Shown here: piece by piece, positions 57,301 through 64,000 of the stretch
Layout of the letters: the number at the start of each line of letters is the position of its first letter
Numbering within the stretch: the first letter of the stretch is position 1
From: Verrucomicrobiota bacterium
GTDB taxonomy: Bacteria; Verrucomicrobiota; Verrucomicrobiia; Limisphaerales; AAA164-E04
DNA length: 64,000 nucleotides
Reading direction: 5' to 3'
Assembly: GCA_047947115.1 (NCBI GenBank)
Contig: CP170459.1
Coordinates: 3,328,001 to 3,392,000, forward strand
The notes under the pieces: model-generated
What the model was told of the DNA's origin: nothing
Database searches by the model: none
The model's input: only the letters and a program-made list of their open reading frames with translations
Position numbers and translations under genes: made by a program

Positions 57301-60156
57301 ATTGAACATCTGAATGTCATGAATTTGCTCATGAAATATGACGACGGATTTACAGCGTTTTTGAACGGTCGACGCATTGCGGACGCCAACGCTCCAACTT
57401 CGCTTCGCTGGAATTCAGTCGCAAATTCTGAACATGCCGATTCTGAGGCGATTGAATATCAAGTGTTCAATGTGACGAGTCAGATGAATCTGCTTCGTGA
57501 CGGTGCCAATTTATTGGCCATCCACGGAGTGAATGTCAGTCTGCGCAGTTCGGACTTTCTGATCGACGCTTTGCTGGAAGCTGGAATATTGGAGTCAGGA
57601 AAACCGTCGCCGGAAGCGTTGGTGTATCGTTCGCCGATTGTTGTGGATGGTCTTGTTGACATTAAGGCCCGCAGCCTGACGAATGGAAAATGGAGCGCCT
57701 TGAGCCATGGGGTTTTCTATCCCGGTAATTTGACCCCGTTGATCAAGTGGACCGAGGTAATGTATCATCCCCCGGGAGGTGATGCCTTCGAGTTTGTCGA
57801 GTTAACGAATTTCAGTCCGGTGGCCTACGATTTATCCGGTCACCATTTAAGGGGAGTGTCCTATGATTTTGTTCCCGGCACCCGGCTGGATCCAGGCGCT
57901 TCGATGGTGCTGGCTTCCAATGAAAACCCCGTTGCTTTTCAATCGAGATATCCCGAAGTCAGTGTCGGGGGGCACTTTGGCGGTAATTTGTCGAACAGCG
58001 GGGAATGGCTTTCGCTCGAGGATGGCTCTGGTAATTTTGTTACCGGCGTGCGGTATGATGACAAGGGGGTATGGTCCAAAGAGGCTGATGGGAAAGGATA
58101 CAGTCTGGTATTGAGGCATGCATCGGGTGATCCCTCCGTTCCGGCCGATTGGAGTCGATCCAGCATCCCGGGCGGCAGTCCCTCAGTATTCCAATCAGGA
58201 GTTCAGATGGAGGGTGTGGCGCTGAGTGAGATAGTCGCTGCGATGGGCGAACCGACAACAGTCGATCAACCGGAGGGAGATTGGATCGAACTGGAAAATC
58301 GGGGGACGACTCCAGTTGATTTGATCGGGTATCGAATGATCGATGAAACCGGTCGATCCGAATATGTGTTCGAAAACGATCGCATCCTGCGTCCCGGAGA
58401 GCGTCTGCTGATTTCTCAACAGATTCCGGATGGGGGTGGAACCGGTTTTCCTTTTGGACTAGATCGGGATGGGGATTCAGTGGTGTTGTTGAATGATTTC
58501 GGAGAGGTGGTCGATTCCGTGTCATTCGGCCGCCAGGTGCCTGGGTTTTCATTGATTCAAGGCAAAGCGGGCCAGTGGTTGCTTGGTGTGCCCACACCCG
58601 GCGCTTCCAATTTGCCGGCATCGACCGCACCTCTCTCGGCTCTGCGGATCAATGAGTTGATGGCAGCACCTTTGGCGGGGCAGGGTGATTGGGTGGAATT
58701 GTTCAATTCACATGGGGAACTTCCGGTGGATCTAAGCGGATTGCATTTTCGATTCAATGATCACACGGTAAGCAATACCCCCAATGCGTTCGTTGAACCG
58801 CATGGCCATATACTTTACGAGTCTTCCTCGTCCAGCTTGCAGGGCACCCTTCGCTTTAAACTTCCTTCGCAGGGGGGAACATTAGCTTTGTTGGATGACC
58901 AGGGAGTATCGGTGGATCAAGTTGAGTATCGGGAGCACCAGGAAGGGGAATGGTTTGGGCGTTTTCCTGATGGAAATGGCAGGTTCAGAAGTTTGTCGGG
59001 CATACCAAGTCCCGGCGCGCCGAATGCCAGAGAATTGCCATCGAGTCTGGTGATCAACGAACTGATGGCCAGGAACCGGTCCATTCCGTATGAGGGGATG
59101 AAAGGAACTCCTGATTGGATCGAGTTAAAGAATGTGACCGGCGATTTGCTTCCATTGGGTGGGATGAAGTTGCGTTTAAATGGGAGTGACGTGTGGGTTT
59201 TTCCCGATGGTTACCATCTGGAAGCGGGGGAATACCTGGTGGTATGGGGCGGTAGCTCCGAATGGGGGAATGACGTCGGGCCTGGTAAGTTTTACATGGA
59301 GACTTCTCTTGAAGGATCCGGGGGGCTTCTTGAGCTGCTGAATACACAGGGGCAGGTGATGGATCGGATCCAATATGGTATTCAGATTGCAGATCAATCG
59401 ATCGGACGTGGAGGGGATCAATGGGAACTGCTTTCCCTTCCCACCCCAGGGCAAGCCAATGAAGTTCCATCGATTTTGGGAGATGTGAATCAACTTCGTT
59501 TCAATGAATGGATGGCAGGTGGCGAGGGGGATGATTGGCTGGAACTATACAATATCGGGGATGCGCCGATTGCTCTTGGAGGGGTGTTCTTAACGGATGA
59601 TCCTTCGTTGAATGGAACAACCAAACATGCCATGGCAGCCTTGAGCTTTATAGCGCCTCATGGACATGTGGCGCTATGGGCGGACAATAACCCGGGTAAA
59701 GGGCCGGATCATTTGAATTTCAGCCTCTCCAATCAGGGAGAAACTTTGAGGATGTATGCTTCCAATTTTACAATGATTGATGAAGTGCTGGTGACCGGAA
59801 ATCTTTTTCAACCCGGGTCCAACGGTCGCCTGCCGGACGGATCGGATTTCTTTACTTTTTTTACGACGGATGAAGCCACTCGAGGGTTGCCAAACAGAAG
59901 CGGAGCGACCGGTCACATAGTTCAACATCTCATCCGATCCATTTCCCTTTCGGAGGATGGCCTCATTCTGGAGGTAGCCACCGAAAAGGGTCAGAAGTAC
60001 CGCCTGCAAGCCATCGATGACCTGTCATCCGATCATTGGATCGATCGACAATTTTTTGATGGAACGGGCGAACTGGTTCGCCTGGTGGATGAGTTCTCGT
60101 TGGGGAAAACCCGGTTTTTCAGGGTGCTTGTGGCTGGGCAATCGTCGTTTCCTTGA
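54385..60156 (+). CDS. Giant secreted protein: two Ig-like repeats, LTD, FN3-associated/chitobiase-like domain, CotH kinase, beta-sandwich, about five more LTDs, C-terminal domain
   Basis: Signal peptide; repeated I(N/T/S)E.(M/V)A...DWIEL.N...PTPG LTD units; FTLDQSEPT and YTLDGSDP; CotH RDWPHNNW...WDAEWSF. Confidence 0.9.
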   Translation: MRHFSIINICAILLLFEGWGVLADTEVPVVSSVDPQPGLVEKFDEVTIRFSEPVRGVDRGDLVLNGNSAVRMSGSGDTYRFTFAGTQARELTLRWQQDPGIEDLASPPNVFDWQAASEIRVYQLLDQNAPYVTQIFPRPGQRLSSFSKVEVFFLEPVFGLDALDLLVNGAPAESLSGAGAGPYVFEFPAQSNGGLRLTWREDHGVEDDAPEPNAFQPGEWRYEVDPNVRYKGVEITEMLAGNQSGLMDDDRDHVDWIELHNTTDTKVDLTGWSLSDDPDQPGKWVFDGLLIGPDDYLIVFASSKDRPNRRTGFSPHTNFSLSRAGEFLGLYSPEMPRRLVSDLGDRYPVQRNDHSYGRLDDGTFAYFSSPTPGRDNEGPSITEILPEPHFSASRGYYDRAFQLVLSTPVDGAVVRFTLDQSEPTMENGVTYESPIELSRTSTVRAAVFKTGLLPSKTETHTYLFRMSRSRRAFPVLSLVTDEEHLWGRQGIMETRPRNTTKRGRSWERPVSVEYFLPDGSTGFQIDAGLRIQGGNYVRERYDPNGGLPFRKYSFRLYFRGDYGESTLNYPLIPRSPAHSYKQIVLRAGMNDHSNPFVVDELVRRLSADMGQVSSQGTLVHLYINGVYKGYYNPTERIDEDFLDTWQGGNGEYDIIAQFGEVRSGDTLEWNRLKTAMNRDLSVASNYRTAGQLLDIDSFIDYLILNIYTGTRDWPHNNWRAARERVDGARWRFYVWDAEWSFFNAGGDVRHNTLTTELVVEQDIARFYQSLAKNSDFRVRFADRVHQHFFGNGALTDEHILKRYEELRDGIAGVVRITDTIATSWIPQRRNIVLEQLAEQGLFLADNVPQFSAPPGGVRDGQVSLSADGEQIYYTLDGSDPFLPESSSGNHLPLVTGRATKYVHVPIDGTIRSSWRSNVTDFDDSDWLRGRGGVGFDRAQTYDAHIRIDVGDEMIGKSTSVYVRIPFNVRMRDIEHLNVMNLLMKYDDGFTAFLNGRRIADANAPTSLRWNSVANSEHADSEAIEYQVFNVTSQMNLLRDGANLLAIHGVNVSLRSSDFLIDALLEAGILESGKPSPEALVYRSPIVVDGLVDIKARSLTNGKWSALSHGVFYPGNLTPLIKWTEVMYHPPGGDAFEFVELTNFSPVAYDLSGHHLRGVSYDFVPGTRLDPGASMVLASNENPVAFQSRYPEVSVGGHFGGNLSNSGEWLSLEDGSGNFVTGVRYDDKGVWSKEADGKGYSLVLRHASGDPSVPADWSRSSIPGGSPSVFQSGVQMEGVALSEIVAAMGEPTTVDQPEGDWIELENRGTTPVDLIGYRMIDETGRSEYVFENDRILRPGERLLISQQIPDGGGTGFPFGLDRDGDSVVLLNDFGEVVDSVSFGRQVPGFSLIQGKAGQWLLGVPTPGASNLPASTAPLSALRINELMAAPLAGQGDWVELFNSHGELPVDLSGLHFRFNDHTVSNTPNAFVEPHGHILYESSSSSLQGTLRFKLPSQGGTLALLDDQGVSVDQVEYREHQEGEWFGRFPDGNGRFRSLSGIPSPGAPNARELPSSLVINELMARNRSIPYEGMKGTPDWIELKNVTGDLLPLGGMKLRLNGSDVWVFPDGYHLEAGEYLVVWGGSSEWGNDVGPGKFYMETSLEGSGGLLELLNTQGQVMDRIQYGIQIADQSIGRGGDQWELLSLPTPGQANEVPSILGDVNQLRFNEWMAGGEGDDWLELYNIGDAPIALGGVFLTDDPSLNGTTKHAMAALSFIAPHGHVALWADNNPGKGPDHLNFSLSNQGETLRMYASNFTMIDEVLVTGNLFQPGSNGRLPDGSDFFTFFTTDEATRGLPNRSGATGHIVQHLIRSISLSEDGLILEVATEKGQKYRLQAIDDLSSDHWIDRQFFDGTGELVRLVDEFSLGKTRFFRVLVAGQSSFP

Positions 60157-60199
60157 TGTTTTCCACGGACCTGACGATGCCCCTCCATTTACAACCTGC

Positions 60200-62107
60200 T
60201 TAAGCCTCTTCGATGGCTGCCAGCTCTTCCCAGCGCTTGTATAACCTGGCGACGTTTTGTTTGGCGAGTTCGAGTTTTTTGGTGAGTTCCACCGCTTCGT
60301 TGGCGTGGTCGATGTAGTAAGACGGATCGTTGAGAATGGTTTCCATGGATTCCACTTCGGATTCGGCTTCCAGGATGGCTTCCTCCATGCTGTCCAGTTC
60401 GCGTTTTTCCATATAACTCAAACGCCGTGGTCGGTTCTTTTTCTCGCGTGGGGATGGAGATTCTGCAGGAGTCGAGGAAGGTGGGGTGACGGCCTTTTGT
60501 CGTGCCTCCCTTTCGTGTCTTTTTTCGAGATAGTAAGAGTAGTTTCCCGGTTGAGCAAAAACACCATCCGGTTCAAAGGCGATGATTTGATCACAGATAC
60601 GATCGAGAAAATAGCGGTCATGACTCACCACGATGACACTTCCGTCGAAATCGGCCAATGCCTCTTCGAGCATGCGGAGGCTGGGGAGGTCCAGATCGTT
60701 GGTGGGTTCGTCCAGGATCAGAAAGTTGCCCCCCCGTTTTAACACTTTGGCAAGCATCAACCGGGCGCGTTCTCCTCCCGATAACTGGTTGACGGGTTCG
60801 TTTGCCCGATGTTCCGGAAATTGGAAGCGTCTGAGATAGCCTCTGGCACTGATGCTTCGGTTGCCGAAGGTAACGGATTCATCGCCATCGGCAATCTCCT
60901 CCAGCACGGAACCTTTTCCCACCAATTGCATACGTGATTGGTCGATGTAATTAATTTGAATTTTCTTTCCGATGACCACGTTTCCCTCAGTGGGCGCCAG
61001 TTCCCCCATGCATACTTTCAGAAGAGTCGTCTTGCCGACACCGTTTTTCCCAACAATGCCAATGCATTTGCCGGGTGTGAGCGATAGATCCAAATTCCGG
61101 AACAACCACCTTTCCTGGTCTCCTTCACCGACCTTTACGCCGGCTTGTTCGAGTTCCACCCCAATGTTGCCAATCTCGGGAGGAGGGGGAATGAGGACGT
61201 CCATTTCGCGTTCTTCGGGAGGTGCTTCCAGTCCCTTGACTTCGTAATAGGTATCCAGCCGATGCTTGGCTTTGGTGCGCCGCGCGCGCACGCCCGCCCG
61301 GACCCATTCGAGTTCTTCACGCAGGAAGCGTTGTCGACGGCGCTCGGCTTGATCGGCGATTTGTTGTCGAATGGCTTTGTTTTCAAGGAATGTGGTGTAA
61401 TTGCCCGGATGCGAAAAGGCGCGTCCCTGGTCCAGCTCCACCACGCGCGTTGCGATGGTGTCCAGAAAGTAACGGTCATGCGTGACAAACATCACCGCTC
61501 CCCCGAAATTTTTGAGGTATTCTTCCAGCCAATTAATGGTGGTCGCATCGAGATGGTTGGTGGGTTCATCGAGAAGCAGCAGATCCGGTTGCGCCACCAG
61601 CGCTCTGCACAGCGCGACTCTTCGTTTTTCACCTCCGGACAATCCGGCAACGAGCGTTTTAAAGTCTGGAGCGGACAATGAAGTGGCAATGGATTCGGCG
61701 CGTGTGTTGAGGTTCCAGCCATCCGCCAGTTCAATGCGTTCGAGCCAGTCGGCCTGATCGGATTCCGAACCTTCTCCGGCCTCGTAACGACGCATCCATT
61801 CGCGAACATCCGCCGCACCTGAAAGAATGTTGTCCTCGACGGTTGCTGTCTCGTCCAATTCAAATTCCTGGGGCAGGTAGCCGACACGCAGACCCTTCCG
61901 GCGGGATACGTCTCCATCGTCTGGTTGCGATTGGTTGGCAAGGATTTTGAAAAGGCTTGTCTTGCCGCATCCATTTCTCCCCACCAACCCGACCTTTTCT
62001 CCGGAAGTGATGGCAACTGTCACGCCGTCCAGCAGGCGCAAGTGGTCGTACACCAGGACAAGGTCGTTGGCGGATAACAGCATGGTATTGGTCGGCAATG
62101 TTCCCAT
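60200..62107 (-). CDS. ABC-F family ATPase (Uup-like)
   Basis: Two ABC domains (GRNGCGKT / LSGGE / DEPTNHLD; GKNGVGKT / LSGGE / DEPTNDLD), no TM, C-terminal coiled domain ending RWEEL. Confidence 0.93.
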   Translation of the reverse strand: MGTLPTNTMLLSANDLVLVYDHLRLLDGVTVAITSGEKVGLVGRNGCGKTSLFKILANQSQPDDGDVSRRKGLRVGYLPQEFELDETATVEDNILSGAADVREWMRRYEAGEGSESDQADWLERIELADGWNLNTRAESIATSLSAPDFKTLVAGLSGGEKRRVALCRALVAQPDLLLLDEPTNHLDATTINWLEEYLKNFGGAVMFVTHDRYFLDTIATRVVELDQGRAFSHPGNYTTFLENKAIRQQIADQAERRRQRFLREELEWVRAGVRARRTKAKHRLDTYYEVKGLEAPPEEREMDVLIPPPPEIGNIGVELEQAGVKVGEGDQERWLFRNLDLSLTPGKCIGIVGKNGVGKTTLLKVCMGELAPTEGNVVIGKKIQINYIDQSRMQLVGKGSVLEEIADGDESVTFGNRSISARGYLRRFQFPEHRANEPVNQLSGGERARLMLAKVLKRGGNFLILDEPTNDLDLPSLRMLEEALADFDGSVIVVSHDRYFLDRICDQIIAFEPDGVFAQPGNYSYYLEKRHEREARQKAVTPPSSTPAESPSPREKKNRPRRLSYMEKRELDSMEEAILEAESEVESMETILNDPSYYIDHANEAVELTKKLELAKQNVARLYKRWEELAAIEEA

Positions 62108-62309
62108 ATGGTGCAGCTATCAAATGGAGGTTTTCGTCGGATAACAAGGAATTCTTTTCACACAGACATTTCAACGGCGATGGTCTGGATTTGTCCGGTG
62201 AAAGAGATGCTGTTTGTAGGGCCGGTTTTGGCTTCGCTTTCTGATTTGAATGGGGAACCGGTTGCCTCGAACTGACGCGCCGGAGGTGACACGTGCTGCC
62301 TGCTCGGCG

Positions 62310-63080
62310 TCACCCCTTGGCCGGATCCAGTAGCAACAGCCCTTCCAGCGTGAGGTGGGGGCGAACTTCGGTGATGCAATCCAGTCCGCCGGCTATCAAC
62401 TCGGCGTAACTGCCGGTGGCAATCACTGGGATTTGGGTGGTACCGAGTTCTTGTTGCAATCCTTCGATCAGTTGGCGGATCAATCCCCGGTAACCGTGTA
62501 CCGCTCCTATTTGCATGGCTTGTTCGGTGTTCTTTCCTATGACCGAACCAGGATCCTTGATCTCAATGCGCGGGAGTAATGCGGTTTTTTCGTGCAGATA
62601 ATCCGTCATGACTGATACTCCGGGAGCGATGATGCCTCCCACATAATCGCCGTGAAGGTTCAATACATCGAATGTCACGGCGGTTCCGAAATCGACCACC
62701 ACCGAAGGTGTTCCATAGTGATGCGATGCGGCCATTGCATTGGCAAGCCGGTCCGGTCCGATGCTTTCCGGTTTTGGGTAATCAATGCCGATGCCTGTCA
62801 CGGTTCGGTGATTCAGTTCACAAAAGCCCCGGGGAAGCTCTTGTGATTGCAACCAGGCCCGAACTTTTTCAGACGCTTTCGGGACGACACTGCAGAATGC
62901 CGCCCAGTCGGGCTTGGAGTCAGGGAACCAGATGGATTCGAGCAGATCAAGACGGCCTTGAAGAAGCGGTTGGGTGGGAATCTCATCCAGCTTGCTCCAT
63001 GTGCCGTTTTCATGCCGACCGACATGGATGTGCGTGTTGCCAATGTCGATGACCACTCTGGATTTTTGCGAAATCTCCAT
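62310..63080 (-). CDS. coaX: Type III pantothenate kinase
   Basis: IDIGNT, CSVVP, IGPDR, VVDFGTAVTFD, GGIIAPG, TALLP. Confidence 0.95.
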   Translation of the reverse strand: MEISQKSRVVIDIGNTHIHVGRHENGTWSKLDEIPTQPLLQGRLDLLESIWFPDSKPDWAAFCSVVPKASEKVRAWLQSQELPRGFCELNHRTVTGIGIDYPKPESIGPDRLANAMAASHHYGTPSVVVDFGTAVTFDVLNLHGDYVGGIIAPGVSVMTDYLHEKTALLPRIEIKDPGSVIGKNTEQAMQIGAVHGYRGLIRQLIEGLQQELGTTQIPVIATGSYAELIAGGLDCITEVRPHLTLEGLLLLDPAKG

Positions 63081-63091
63081 GTTTCGGCGTT

Positions 63092-64000
63092 TTAGTCTTT
63101 TTTAAAGGTCACATCACCTCCAGTGACACGTTCCAGATGTCCTGTAGGGTTCCGAATCATGAGCGCTCCTTCACTGTCCAATGATTCCGCGTAACCCTCG
63201 AAGGTACGGTCCATCTGGTGGATGCGAACATGTTTCCCCAGCGTGATGCATTGTGATTCCCATTCTTCAGCGACAGCTTCAAATTCACCTTTCAGGATGC
63301 GCTTGTAGTCCTGGTCCAGGGCTTCCAGCAAGCGCACCGCAAGAGTTGATCGCATCACGGGTGCTCCGGATTCCAATCTGAGCGAAGTGGCAATGGAATG
63401 AAGTTCGGGGGGAAAATCCGTTTCCTCCAGATTTACATCGACCCCGATGCCAAGCACGGCATGTAATACTCGATCCGGTTCCGCACTCATTTCCGTCAGA
63501 ACGCCTGCCACCTTCCGTCCATTGATGAGGATGTCGTTGGGCCATTTGATATCCGGTTTCAGATCGGTCACTTGCCGGATGGCTCGGGTCAGGGCGGTGG
63601 CGGCAATCACGGTTAATTGGGTCATTTCGGGCGGACGGAGCGGGGGACGCAACAGCACGGAAAACCATAGTCCTTTGTTTTGAGGTGAAATCCATTTGCG
63701 CCCAAGACGGCCTCTGCCATGAGTTTGGGATTCGGCAAAGACTGCCAATCCTTCATTTTCCCCGTTCAGCCCCATTTGGTCCACCAACTGATTGGTGGAA
63801 GCGGTTTCCCTGAAAATTCGAATGTCCCGTCCGAGAAGGATGTCTGGCGGTAGTTGTGACCGGATGTCATCTCCCAGCAGCACGTCGGGTATCGAGGTCA
63901 TCCGATAACCCGAGTGAGGTTCCGCATCTATGCCAAACCCCAGACTTCGCAGTTCCTCGATATGTGACCAGACGGCCGTTCGGCTGATGCCCAGCGTTTC
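63092..64000 (-). CDS. birA: Bifunctional biotin--[acetyl-CoA carboxylase] ligase/repressor, 5' end beyond the window
   Basis: The frame stays open to the window edge: ETLGISRTAVWSHIEELRSLGFGIDAEPHSGYR (HTH), then STN, QTHGRGRLGRKW, KWPND, KVAGVL. Confidence 0.96.
   Translation of the reverse strand, partial: ETLGISRTAVWSHIEELRSLGFGIDAEPHSGYRMTSIPDVLLGDDIRSQLPPDILLGRDIRIFRETASTNQLVDQMGLNGENEGLAVFAESQTHGRGRLGRKWISPQNKGLWFSVLLRPPLRPPEMTQLTVIAATALTRAIRQVTDLKPDIKWPNDILINGRKVAGVLTEMSAEPDRVLHAVLGIGVDVNLEETDFPPELHSIATSLRLESGAPVMRSTLAVRLLEALDQDYKRILKGEFEAVAEEWESQCITLGKHVRIHQMDRTFEGYAESLDSEGALMIRNPTGHLERVTGGDVTFKKD

Noticed and set aside
1..64000. CRISPR array, rRNA, tRNA, IS/transposase, integrase or prophage
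   Set aside because: On reading I saw no repeat-spacer array, RNA-gene signatures or mobile-element proteins. The only long repeats are intragenic coding repeats.
1..64000. The many short or antisense ORFs in the six-frame track (e.g. 26196-27149 -, 24682-25488 -, 21021-21683 +, 50605-51231 +)
   Set aside because: They lie opposite or out of frame within well-supported genes and carry no recognisable motifs.

Overview
A gene-dense 64 kb bacterial chromosomal segment with about 45 CDS. I found no rRNA, tRNA, CRISPR array, prophage or transposase. The content (FG-GAP/ASPIC-UnbV proteins, lamin-tail/CotH proteins, a DUF1559 pseudopilin, a sulfatase, DUF1080, and a TGTTC-N4-GAACA-like LexA box) points to Verrucomicrobiota, probably Pedosphaerales/Limisphaerales-like; this is inference. 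Housekeeping genes include lexA, ispH, a dGTPase, rimK, gmk, coaC, yicC, rpe, ftsH, purB, coaX and birA. These are interleaved with sugar and ester catabolism genes, two-component signalling genes and large secreted proteins. The ORF track misses three real coding segments: an ASPIC/UnbV gene running off the left edge, a 58-aa DUF1737-like gene, and the HTH N-terminus of birA at the right edge. Most notable: (1) a perfect 22-bp inverted repeat centred on the SOS box and covering the lexA start codon; (2) a ~1360-aa secreted protein built from five copies of an unrecognised ~206-aa domain, with a likely gene-conversion tract; (3) a C-terminal motif shared by two unrelated giant secreted proteins, a candidate sorting signal; (4) a sigma54 promoter with enhancer-like repeats upstream of a stand-alone REC-Hpt gene; (5) a hybrid kinase with a nidogen/NIDO-like sensor domain. 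All family assignments come from motif recognition; no searches were run.
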